This document shows, piece after piece, positions 9,022 through 18,063 of a DNA stretch of 64,000 bases. Every line of letters begins with the position of its first letter. Within the stretch, counting starts at the first letter, position 1. The position numbers and the translations under genes are program-made. The DNA comes from a virus, in the IMG/VR virus record IMGVR_UViG_3300045988_173726, positions 64,001-128,000 of that record; one strand, 5' to 3'. The notes beneath the pieces were generated by a model. It had not been told where the DNA came from and did no database searches. It saw only the letters and a program-made list of their open reading frames with translations.

Positions 9022-12000
9022 CGAACAAGAAGATATTAGCCTTATACGGGTATTTATTGCAGGATAGAGGGAAGTTAGAGGATTTGTGGAAAGCCCTAGA
9101 TAGGGTTGACGAGTGCGATGACGATGATATTCTAAGGGTTTTACAGAATAAAGACCTGTGCCGCATAGTGAGCGTGCTTGCGGGGGATAAGTTTAGCGGT
9201 TCAGTGAGTGGCGACATAAGTTTAGCTGACTTAGAGCAGGTCATTTCATATGTAAAGGACGAGTTAGACGAGGATTCGGACGATATAGATATAGACGAAG
9301 ATGAGGACGAGGGGGAAGAGGAAGATTACGAGGAGGACGAGGATTCGGACGAAGAGGACGGGGAAGCGGAGAGCAATTCCGTAACAGAGCAGTCCCACGA
9401 AGTCCCGCACGACACGGCGAGTTTATCAGAGAGTGATAAGGACGAGTTAGCACAGTCTGTGGTAGAGGCTTGTAAGAGCAGTATAGATAATGCGGTTACG
9501 GAGATTTATAAGGTCTATACTTCTATGTTCAAGTCTGGATATGGAGTTATTCAGCCAGAGGGAATACTGGCTGGGCAAAAGAGCGGTAGTATGATTAAGT
9601 TTCAACCGCTTGATTATGAGCATTTAATGCTTGTGCCTCGGAACTACTATTCCGACACATGGGAGTTATTAAAGCAGGAGCTTGGGTTAAAGGAGAGTAC
9701 GAAGCGGACTATTACTTACGGCGAGATACGGGACGGGTATAACTATTTCCCGTTTAAGATAATAGAGCTTGTATTCGGAAGATACTTGTCTAAAGAGTCA
9801 GATATAGCGGGCAAGCGCTATTGTAAATCGTCTGCGAGTGTGTCTTGGGAGTCGTATTGGGAGCAGGATGTAAAGCATAATATCGAGAGATATATCCGAA
9901 ACATCGTAACGGAGTATATAAAATCGTTAGCGGCGAATGAGAAGCTGGATATAAATAACTTGTCCAGTGTTTATGGGGCGGTTCGGCAGTTAGCGAACAA
10001 GACGATTCTGGCATATACGCCTGCGATTGTGATTTGCGAGGATTCTGGCGGTAGGTTTAAGATAAGGTTTTCGGATTACGCGCATAGGATAGACGCGACT
10101 CGGCTAAAGCGCATAGAGAAAAAGATTTTAGGGTGGGTAGGAACAAAAGAGGTCGAGTTAGACAGAGCATCTTTCTCATTGATGCGAGATAACGACAGCA
10201 TAAAAGAGATAGAGGTCGTAAGGGACAAGAGTTTATGCGGGACAGTCCCGTTATTTAGCTATATTGCGCTTAGAAAGTTAAGAGAGCAGGGTAAGCGTCC
10301 GTCCTATCAGAATTTGATATTAGGTCGCGCAGAGGACGACAGTATTTATATCGGCAACAGCAAGGATACGCCTTTTGGTGGCTTTAATACGGCTATAGGG
10401 TCGTTTGTCCTGCACTTGTCGGCGGGTTCTCGTTCTGGTAAAGGTGTTATGACGCTGAATATGATTGCGTCAGCGCTTGCTTCAAATGTAGCCGTGCCGT
10501 ATTTAGACAGTAAGCCAGATATGTCGTCTTTGCTTTTGTATATTGCGAAGAAGCTCGGGGTAAAGACCTTTGCGTTAAACGGTGGCTCGGAGTATGACAG
10601 TAAAGCGGATATAGGCGGGGTAGTTCGGGAGGTAATGTCGAGGGAGGTTTATCGGAAGCCCGCAGGACTTGAAGATTTAGCTGTGCCAGAGACAGCGTGG
10701 AGTGCGCTTAAGTATATAAAGGCTTTGGATTTCTGGATTTGGCTTTCTCCGAAGATTCAGTCTGGTGAGATAAAGACGAAGAGCGGGGATTTGTTAATCA
10801 TAGCGGACGAAGTTTGGCGTATGATAACGGGTTGGGCGCCTTTGTATGCAGAGTTGTTTGCGAAGAAGAGTGAGAGAGTTCGGAAGGGCGAGGATGACAC
10901 AGCGGTAGAGAGTGCGAAGTGGCTGTATAACTGGTATATGCGGGCGATGGGAAGCTGGCTTGCGGCGAAGGACGCTACGCTAAAGAACATAAAGCCGAAG
11001 TTAATGCTTATATATCAAGAGCATATAACGCCGTCATGGTCGTCTATGAGTAGCACAGAGTATAACGGAATCAACAAAGCGAATGCGTTTATCTTTAGGA
11101 CGCTTGAGAATATGGGTAAGCGCGGGTTTATAGGATATGACGAAGCGTCTATAGCCTACGGAGGTGTTTTACCTACCACTAAAATCCCGAATAAGTCAGA
11201 CTTTATCCAGCCTGTTTTAACAACTACAAAGGGAAAGAAGTTTTGTAATGTGAATGACAGGTATTTTGCGTGGGTAGATGATGTAGATTCGCAGGGCGTG
11301 AACGGGGATAGCACGACAGCGCAGTTTATAAAGCCGTTTTTGATTTTGAATGACGCAGACGAGAACGGGACATTTGTCCAGCAGTTAAAGGGGCAGTTAA
11401 AGAACTCGGTCGGAACGGACGAGAAGGTAGAGGAAATCATGAAGCAGTTCCGTGATAAGAACGGAAAGCTTGAGGAGTCTATCGGATTCGAGGGATATCT
11501 CCGTGAGATGACAGCTGACATGGAGGGATATAGCCTCGGGGAAGCGTTTAATGAGAGTTATCGTATTTTTGAAGAGGTGATAACGAAGTTTGGCTACATG
11601 GAGGCATCGGGAGCGAGCGACCCGATGGAGTATTTCAGTGACTTCCGTGCAGAGTTTATGCCGAACTGGAGTAGGATGGACAGAGCGCTTGCGGGTGAGA
11701 AGTTAGGAAAGGACGGAAGCGGAAGCGAGGACGGTATAGACAGTGAGTATTCTGGTGTAGAGTTTACGGGGGACGAGGGAGAAAGTGCAGGAGTAGAGAG
11801 CTTAGGCGAGAACGAGAATACAGGCTTAGAGGGCTTAGGCGAAAGTGGAGCAAGTGCGAGCGAGGCGGTTTCCGAGGAACCCGTAAGAAATGCGGAAAAA
11901 CCTGCTGGAAGTGTATTTGATAGTCTAATGCAGGGCAGGGAGAGTAATCTTTCGGATGAGTTTATCGGGTTTATGCCAGAGGGAAGCGAGGAAAACGGAG

Positions 12001-13061
12001 CATTTTCGGCGGGTAGTGAAGATTTCTCGGAGAAGAGTGATGAGTTTGACAGTGAACCGCTTACAGAGAGCGGAGCGTTTAATCACGGAGATAGTTATAG
12101 TGGTTATTCTGGGCGCTCGGCAGAAAAAGAGCCGATAAATGTTCGTGAGTATGAGTCCTCGGTGGGGTATAGTAATGCAATAACTGACGGGTCGAAGCTT
12201 GAGAACGCAAAAGGCGTTACGATGGTGCAGGGTATAGAGCGTATAAAGGCAGATGTTTCTAGGCTTTCGCCAGAGAACAGCGTGGATTGCACAAATCTTT
12301 CGCTAGGCGGCTTGCTTAGTCACGCGCCGCTGTTTACGAGTACGAAGTTTGGGGCAGACATGTATCGCAGGGAAGTCCTAAACGGGGTATTAGACAGGAT
12401 AGACAGGAGCATAGGGCGAGGTAATGTAACGAAGATAATTCTTACGGCGAACGGAATGATAGTAAACAACAAGCTAGTGAACTTAAACGGAGTCATGGGC
12501 GGGAATACGGGTCGTTATCTCTCTGATTTCATATCGTTTAAGGAGTTAGCGAAGCGATATAGCAGTTTAGCGCGGATTGGAATGGATACGGAGTATTTGA
12601 ACGCATTTAGCCTAGAGTATTATATCGACCCTTCCGACACAGAGCGGCTACTTGGGAGTATTTTCGACACATTTAGAGTTTTGGGGGTGGTAAACATCAA
12701 CAATCACGACATAAGGCGGCAGGAATATCTTACGATGGCGCAGAGACAGCGGATGTCGGCAGAGATGGAAGCGGTAAAGCGAAATGTAGCTATGTATCGT
12801 GCGACCGAAGAGATAGGGGCAGAGTTAAGCGCGAACGCGAGGATAAAGCCAGAGGATGAGGGCAGTCGGATGCGTAGGTTTACGCGGGCATTGCCGTTTA
12901 TGAGTAAGGCAGAGAGAGGACAGCGAAGCGGTAGAGGCAGTGGAATCGGTGGACTCATCGGAGCGGCGGTCTTTGGAGCGGCGTTTGGAATCGGGAAGCT
13001 CGGACGGGCAATCATTTCTGGGATACAGGAAGGTTCGGCAAAGAAGCATTACGGAAAGTAA
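9018..13061 (+). CDS. giant protein with an FtsK/HerA/TraG-like P-loop NTPase core
   Basis: The start overlaps the upstream stop. Acidic tract DEDSDDIDIDEDEDEGEEEDYEEDEDSDEEDGE. P-loop HLSAGSRSGKGVMTLNMI followed by PYLDSKPD. Walker-B-like LLIIADEVW. A Ser/Glu/Gly-rich low-complexity region is followed by a C-terminal Gly-rich hydrophobic segment, GIGGLIGAAVFGAAFGIG. Confidence 0.6.
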   Translation: MTNKKILALYGYLLQDRGKLEDLWKALDRVDECDDDDILRVLQNKDLCRIVSVLAGDKFSGSVSGDISLADLEQVISYVKDELDEDSDDIDIDEDEDEGEEEDYEEDEDSDEEDGEAESNSVTEQSHEVPHDTASLSESDKDELAQSVVEACKSSIDNAVTEIYKVYTSMFKSGYGVIQPEGILAGQKSGSMIKFQPLDYEHLMLVPRNYYSDTWELLKQELGLKESTKRTITYGEIRDGYNYFPFKIIELVFGRYLSKESDIAGKRYCKSSASVSWESYWEQDVKHNIERYIRNIVTEYIKSLAANEKLDINNLSSVYGAVRQLANKTILAYTPAIVICEDSGGRFKIRFSDYAHRIDATRLKRIEKKILGWVGTKEVELDRASFSLMRDNDSIKEIEVVRDKSLCGTVPLFSYIALRKLREQGKRPSYQNLILGRAEDDSIYIGNSKDTPFGGFNTAIGSFVLHLSAGSRSGKGVMTLNMIASALASNVAVPYLDSKPDMSSLLLYIAKKLGVKTFALNGGSEYDSKADIGGVVREVMSREVYRKPAGLEDLAVPETAWSALKYIKALDFWIWLSPKIQSGEIKTKSGDLLIIADEVWRMITGWAPLYAELFAKKSERVRKGEDDTAVESAKWLYNWYMRAMGSWLAAKDATLKNIKPKLMLIYQEHITPSWSSMSSTEYNGINKANAFIFRTLENMGKRGFIGYDEASIAYGGVLPTTKIPNKSDFIQPVLTTTKGKKFCNVNDRYFAWVDDVDSQGVNGDSTTAQFIKPFLILNDADENGTFVQQLKGQLKNSVGTDEKVEEIMKQFRDKNGKLEESIGFEGYLREMTADMEGYSLGEAFNESYRIFEEVITKFGYMEASGASDPMEYFSDFRAEFMPNWSRMDRALAGEKLGKDGSGSEDGIDSEYSGVEFTGDEGESAGVESLGENENTGLEGLGESGASASEAVSEEPVRNAEKPAGSVFDSLMQGRESNLSDEFIGFMPEGSEENGAFSAGSEDFSEKSDEFDSEPLTESGAFNHGDSYSGYSGRSAEKEPINVREYESSVGYSNAITDGSKLENAKGVTMVQGIERIKADVSRLSPENSVDCTNLSLGGLLSHAPLFTSTKFGADMYRREVLNGVLDRIDRSIGRGNVTKIILTANGMIVNNKLVNLNGVMGGNTGRYLSDFISFKELAKRYSSLARIGMDTEYLNAFSLEYYIDPSDTERLLGSIFDTFRVLGVVNINNHDIRRQEYLTMAQRQRMSAEMEAVKRNVAMYRATEEIGAELSANARIKPEDEGSRMRRFTRALPFMSKAERGQRSGRGSGIGGLIGAAVFGAAFGIGKLGRAIISGIQEGSAKKHYGK

Positions 13062-13082
13062 GGGTTTAAGCGGGGTTTAGGC

Positions 13083-13110
13083 GGGGTTAGGTAGCGCCTA
13101 GCCCCGTTTC
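13083..13110 (+). terminator. weak candidate terminator
   Basis: 9-bp stem GGGGTTAGG/CCTAGCCCC (one G.U), but only GTTTC follows. Confidence 0.35.
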
Positions 13111-13180
13111 TAGTTTGGGGAGAATAGGGAGTTAGGTGATTTGGAAGTAAATGCGTGGAATAGTACAGAGTTGCTAGTAG

Positions 13181-13240
13181 ATTATAAAGTAAAAGCTAGG
13201 CTATGTCTTTAGACGCACCAGAATGGCTTTTAAGGCGTGT
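13181..13240 (+). repeat. 58-nt direct repeat, copy 1
   Basis: ATTATAAAGTAAAAGCTAGGCTATG...GACGCACCAGAATGGCTTTTAAGG. The 24-nt core is identical to the copy at 13534-13557. Confidence 0.8.
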
Positions 13241-13502
13241 CTAGGTTTAGACGGACGCTTTTACAGGTTTTAGGTTTCTGCTTAGGATTAGGGGGTTTCT
13301 ATCGGCGCAGGACGGCTAAGAAAGGGGAATAGGGGGATTAGATGGGAGAGATAGAAACGGGCAGGGGGAGGGGCTTAAGTCGGCGGGACAGTACAGGGCG
13401 GGTAAGCTCTGGGTTTAGGGGTTTATTGGGCAAGGGGAAGCCCCGTAACGGGAGGAGGCAGTCGCCTAGGCAGGAGAGGGGTTTTGTAAGTTTAACAGTG
13501 AA

Positions 13503-13560
13503 ATTGACAAGTAAAAGATAGACTATGCCCTGTGACGCACCAGAATGGCTTTTAAGGGGC
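13503..13560 (+). repeat. 58-nt direct repeat, copy 2
   Basis: ATTGACAAGTAAAAGATAGACTATG...GACGCACCAGAATGGCTTTTAAGG. I counted about 9 mismatches to copy 1 outside the identical core. Confidence 0.8.
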
Positions 13561-13786
13561 ATAATCGTTTAGGTGTAAAAGTGTATAGAGGTAAGAGACT
13601 TCCCTTTGAAATCCCTAATGAGTCGGCGGTTCAAAACGAGTGAAAACGGACGATAGAGGTGAGCGGGGGCTTGAGGCGGGGCAAAGTGGTATGGGGCTGT
13701 AGAGCGTTTACGGGGTAAACGGGAGATGCGGGTTTAGTGAGGACAAGTGGGGGATTGGGTGGTAAGATAGTGGCTGGAGGGTTTTT

Positions 13787-14569
13787 ATGAAGATTTTAGC
13801 AGGGTTAGTGGCACTAGTTGTCACGGCAGGGTGCATGATAGCGGTTGGGAAGGTGTCGGATAAAATATACCAAAGGAAGCACGCGCTAAAGATAAAGTTT
13901 ATCGCGGGAGCGTTGCGTCTTTTAATCGTAGCGGTGTTTATCTGCGCAGAGATGTATATATTTGGTGGCTCGGACGGGTTAGGCAGCAAGATACTCGGTG
14001 GTTCGACTTTGATTGTGGCAGTTTTAACCTTTACAGCGCAACAAGCATTGGGAAATATCATAAGCGGGTTTTCTATAAGTTTATCGAAGCCTATCGAGGT
14101 CGGACAGAAGGTTAAGATAGTGCAGGGGTCAAATATCATAGCAGAGGGGATAGTAAAGGATATGTCGGTTCGGCATATCATAATAACGACATTTGACGGG
14201 CAGAGCTGTATTGTGCCAAACAGCATAGTAGAGAACAGTGTGATATTGAATACGAATTACGAGAAGGATGTAGGTAATTTTGTAGAGTTTGAGGTGGGTT
14301 ACGGGACAGATATAGAGTTTGCGAAGGCTTTAATCGTGGCAGAGTGTTCAAAAGAGCCTTTAATCATTCGTCCTGTGAAGGTATCCGTAAATCGGTATAC
14401 AGCAAACGGGGTAGTGTTAAAGCTTACGATATGGACAGAGCATTTGGACGACAACTTTGCGATATGCGGGCGGCTTAGGGAGAGTATGTTAAAGCTGTTT
14501 ATAAGTTTCGGGATAGAGTTGCCGTATAATCATGTTACGGTAGGTAGACTAGGCGACACGGAGCGTTAG
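13787..14569 (+). CDS. MscS-family small-conductance mechanosensitive channel
   Basis: N-terminal TM helices, then the MscS core pattern QQALGNIISGFSISLSKPIEVGQKVKI...IVKDMSVRHIIITTFDGQSCIVPNS. Confidence 0.8.
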   Translation: MKILAGLVALVVTAGCMIAVGKVSDKIYQRKHALKIKFIAGALRLLIVAVFICAEMYIFGGSDGLGSKILGGSTLIVAVLTFTAQQALGNIISGFSISLSKPIEVGQKVKIVQGSNIIAEGIVKDMSVRHIIITTFDGQSCIVPNSIVENSVILNTNYEKDVGNFVEFEVGYGTDIEFAKALIVAECSKEPLIIRPVKVSVNRYTANGVVLKLTIWTEHLDDNFAICGRLRESMLKLFISFGIELPYNHVTVGRLGDTER

Positions 14570-15042
14570 AAGGTAAGTTTCTATAGGTACAAGGCTGAAA
14601 GAAAGCAAGTTTTATGGTTAAGCGCGGGGAGATTAGTTTATCGGGGGTTTGCTAGGGTTTTTGTGTCATGTGTTTGGGGCGTAGTTTAGCGGTAGCTTTG
14701 CGGTGGCGTTTGTGTGTGAAAGAAAGTTTAGGTTGGTACAAGTCCAGCGAAACGAAAGTTTAGATATATGGAGAGCGCTAGAAAGGAAGTTTAGGATTTA
14801 GAGCGTGACACGGGGTTTGCCCTTAGACGGGTTGGCTTTCCCTTATTTGGGACACAAGTTTAAGGGATGTAGGCGGGCTTTACGAGTAACAGAGTGCTGT
14901 CTTGGGAATCGACTGGAGGTGGCTTGAGGCTGTGACACATGCTGGGAACAGGTGATTTTAGAAGCAAGAAAGTAAACTTCCTAGGAACTTCTGCGTGGAA
15001 AGGTTGGTTTATCTGAATAAGAAAGCTTCTAAAGCAAGTTTA

Positions 15043-15072
15043 GGGCTTACGGGAAATCCGTAAGCCCTTTTT
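15043..15072 (+). terminator. intrinsic terminator inside the repeat field
   Basis: Perfect 10-bp stem GGGCTTACGG/CCGTAAGCCC, 5-nt loop, then TTTTT. Confidence 0.75.
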
Positions 15073-16030
15073 AATGTTGGGGTTTTGGGCAGAGAGTTAG
15101 GCGGGTGACGGGGTTGGGAAGGTAAGTTTCTTGTCGATTTCGGGGCTAAAAAGAAAGTTTACGGGGTTCGCGGGATGGCGGGTTTCCATTGAGCTACGCT
15201 TCTAAAAAGCAAGTTTCCCCGAAGAGTTTGATTGTGAAAAGAAAGTTCCGCTGGGTGGATGGGGTTTCGTTGAAAGTAAGTTTCCTCGTAAATTCTGGCA
15301 GGAGAAAGGAAGTTTCTGGTGATGGCGGGGCGCTGGGTGTTTATAAGGTTAGGCTAAAAGTTGACAGATAAACTAGGGTAATGCCTTGTAATAGTTATAA
15401 AGGCAATTCTGGTAGGTGTGCTGGTTTGCTGGATTGGTTTGCGATTACGGTTGTTTGTTTTGTAATCCGTGCATAAATTCAAGTTTCTTGAGGACTTGCT
15501 TGGATAGAAAGTAAGTTTAAGTAATACCTAGCTGTAATTGAAGAAAAATCAGTAAATGAGCTTTGAGTTAGAAAGCAAGTTTCTCGGTATACTTTTAGTT
15601 CAAAAAGGAAGTTTATAAACGGACGAGTATCCGACAAGTTTTCGATTTGATTTTAACGGGAAAATCTAGGGGGTTGAGGCTTTGTTTATCAGTTAAACAG
15701 TTGGACTCTTGTCATTTTGAAGTTAGAAAGTAAGTTTCAGAGATACCTATAGAAGCGAAAAGTAAGCTTCTAGTATTTAAGAATTGGCTGGTTGTTGAGG
15801 GAAAACTGCTTTGATACTTGAGAATTTCTTTGCGCTATTGAAAATCGTTAGAAAGTAAGTTTCAAGTGATACTTTGGCAGTCGAAAGGAAGTTTCCGTTT
15901 TTAGCTATGCAAAGCGGATTTTCCGTGTCGTTGAAACTTTCTTTCCTGGCTGGTTTTGTGATTTCGTTAGAAAGTAAGTTTCCCCTTAAACATCAGTGTT
16001 AGAAAGTAAGTTTCAGATATACCAAACGAC

Positions 16031-16059
16031 TTGAAAGAAATCGCAAAATATGGTATAGT
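16031..16059 (+). promoter_or_regulatory. candidate sigma-A type promoter
   Basis: TTGAAA, a 17-nt spacer, then TATAGT with TGG immediately upstream (extended -10). Confidence 0.5.
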
Positions 16060-16327
16060 TGAGGTGCAGTTAGAAGAAAGTAAGTTTCCGAGATACCTGT
16101 ATACGAAGAAAGGAAGTTTCAGCGAATCAAAGAAAAGCTATCTAGTATCTTGAAAGTAAGTTTCGCCTTTCCGAGCGTTTTTCCTTGGAAAGCTAAAGTG
16201 CGCTACACCTTGATGTTCTGCGAGCTTTCTTTTAATCAGAGTGGATTCCTTGTATTGGAGCGAGTACACAGGTATTTCGTCCTATAAATTTTATTACTAA
16301 TTTTATGCTTATTTGGAGGTATGAGTT

Positions 16328-17362
16328 ATGAGGCTAGTTAAGATTCTGTCTTTTGCGTGCGCTGTTTCGCTTTTAGCGGCAAGTGCTACAGCTTGTGGTA
16401 AAGGGAAGGTTTCCGTAAACGCGGAAAACAGCAAAGAAGCTGTGAAGCCTGCGAATGTCGAGATAAAGGAGGCTCTTAATAAGATGTATGAGAGCGGTGG
16501 AATGACTTTGACGCGGGTAGATAAGAACACGACAATTACGACAATCTATGACAATTCTGGACAGGCATATGTGCAGTCTGGATATACGGCTGGGGTTTAT
16601 CTCTTAGGAGATAAGCTTTTGACCGTGAAAGAGGGCGTTGACGGGGGGAGTCCTAAGTTTGTTTTGACAGATGACATTTCGCCTGCGCGTATGGTAGAGG
16701 TAGCGTGTGATTTTGCAGATAAGGGCGGTGCAAGTTTAACAGAGACTACGGAAACGGGAAAAGAGCCTAAGGATACTTCGGAAAGGTCGTTTGAAATAGC
16801 GGTTTCTGGCAGTAATATCTACGAGCTTTATAAGTCCGTGAGTAAGAGCTACGCAGAGAATATTTTGCCTCTATACAATTACAAAAATTCGGACGAGTTT
16901 GTGGCCGGTGATAAATTCGTTGTCGGAATTTCTACTACAGAGAATAATTTGAGCCTCGACATGTATATAGTGTCGCATAACGCTCCGAATGAGCGGGTGC
17001 ATATCGTAGGGTTTGATGGCTATGTGCCGCTGGGCGGCTGGTCGCTTGACGGGTCGATTAATAGTGAGATGGATTTAGGCGACTACGATGGCATTAAGGA
17101 AAAATTACAGGCAATGCAGAATGACCTGTCGGAAAAGATACAGAAATATGTTGCGGAGCATGAGGAAGAGTTGCTTGTGAGCGAGGCTACAGCAGAAACA
17201 AATGTAGGTAAGGAGACTGTAGACGGTAGCGAGAGCGTAGAGGAGAGTAGCATAGAAAGCGGGTCGGAAGAGAGCGCCGAGAGCAGTTTATCTGAAAGCT
17301 TGAAAAGCACGGAAGAAAGCACAGAAGTATCCGATACAAGTGAGCAGGAGTCGGGAAATTGA
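16328..17362 (+). CDS. putative lipoprotein with an acidic Ser/Glu-rich C-terminus
   Basis: Signal peptide MRLVKILSFACAVSLLAASATAC, with Cys in a lipobox-like context. RBS GGAGG. Confidence 0.6.
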   Translation: MRLVKILSFACAVSLLAASATACGKGKVSVNAENSKEAVKPANVEIKEALNKMYESGGMTLTRVDKNTTITTIYDNSGQAYVQSGYTAGVYLLGDKLLTVKEGVDGGSPKFVLTDDISPARMVEVACDFADKGGASLTETTETGKEPKDTSERSFEIAVSGSNIYELYKSVSKSYAENILPLYNYKNSDEFVAGDKFVVGISTTENNLSLDMYIVSHNAPNERVHIVGFDGYVPLGGWSLDGSINSEMDLGDYDGIKEKLQAMQNDLSEKIQKYVAEHEEELLVSEATAETNVGKETVDGSESVEESSIESGSEESAESSLSESLKSTEESTEVSDTSEQESGN

Positions 17363-17401
17363 GCTATAGAGACGCGCGGTATCGCATAATAGGTGCTAGA
17401 T

Positions 17402-18052
17402 ATGGATTTAGTGACGGCTCTTCAAATGTACGGGTATCACTCGGTAGAAGAGGTTAAGATTGAGATAACTACAAGGGTTTATAGGCGGCTTGTAAAAGAG
17501 AACCATCCAGATAATACGGAGAGTCCCAGATATTTGGTTGGGGATATTACGGATGCGCGGGGGTTGCTAAACAGCGTAGCAGACGGTAGCTATTCGTCTA
17601 ACAGTAGCTTCGCAAACGCTCAAAGAAATAGCGGATTTAACAAGAGAAGTTATAATAGTCAGCCTTTTACGCGGGAGAATGATTTTAGAAGCGGAAGTAA
17701 TGTTAGATATGGCATGCCCTATCCCGTGAAGTTAGAGGGTTTGCAAGAACTGTTTCAGCCTGGTCGTGTCTACTATGGGGACGATAACTATTTTGTTCTT
17801 GATAGAGGCGTTCGGCGCGTTGTTTATGTGATGTTTAAGGCACAGGTAACGCAGGGTGGGGAGAAAGTAGAATACACTTTCCCGAAGAAGGTTTCGGAGA
17901 GTAATAAGTATCAGCTGTCGTTATCGCTTGAAAAGGCAATGGGTTCGGCAGTCATTGAGGTTTATGGAAGAAGATTTGAGGTTTCCAGTAGTGTCCGTAG
18001 CCTTAAAGTGGGATTTAATGGAGTAACTATTGTGCTTGATATAATGTTTTGA
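17402..18052 (+). CDS. J-domain (DnaJ-like) protein
   Basis: N-terminal ...EEVKIEITTRVYRRLVKENHPDN carries the HPD tripeptide in a J-domain helix II/III context. The remainder is unrecognised. Confidence 0.6.
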   Translation: MDLVTALQMYGYHSVEEVKIEITTRVYRRLVKENHPDNTESPRYLVGDITDARGLLNSVADGSYSSNSSFANAQRNSGFNKRSYNSQPFTRENDFRSGSNVRYGMPYPVKLEGLQELFQPGRVYYGDDNYFVLDRGVRRVVYVMFKAQVTQGGEKVEYTFPKKVSESNKYQLSLSLEKAMGSAVIEVYGRRFEVSSSVRSLKVGFNGVTIVLDIMF

Positions 18053-18063
18053 CGGAGGAAGAT

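Larger units (their letters stand above)
14572..16167 (+). repeat. iteron-like repeat field with at least 25 copies of a GAAAGnAAGTTT(C/A) core
   Basis: Long form GTTAGAAAGTAAGTTTC-N4-6-ATAC(C/T) at 15505, 15567, 15722, 15847, 15966, 15998 and 16068. Short form GAAAGGAAGTTTC lies about 30 nt downstream of many long forms (15601, 15756, 15881, 16105). Further copies at 14572, 14596, 14717, 14747, 14778, 15031, 15121, 15148, 15204, 15236, 15271, 15303 and 16150. One inverted copy at 15933-15946. No credible ORF in the region. Confidence 0.85.

Noticed and set aside
9280-9375. GA-rich near-repetitive DNA as a microsatellite or regulatory repeat
   Set aside because: It is in frame within the 1347-aa ORF and simply encodes the Asp/Glu tract.
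13708-14226. 172-aa minus-strand ORF
   Set aside because: It lies antisense to the + strand ORF that carries an unmistakable MscS motif and a good RBS. It is a shadow ORF.
15189-15371. 60-aa + strand ORF inside the repeat field
   Set aside because: It starts at a non-ATG codon with no RBS. It is composed largely of translated repeat units and has no coding-like context.
14572-16167. Could the repeat field be a CRISPR array?
   Set aside because: The repeats are short (13-27 nt) with degenerate cores. Their spacing is irregular (30-120 nt). They come as long-form/short-form pairs, and one is inverted. There are no cas genes and no uniform spacers. Iteron, centromere or promoter-like repeats fit better.
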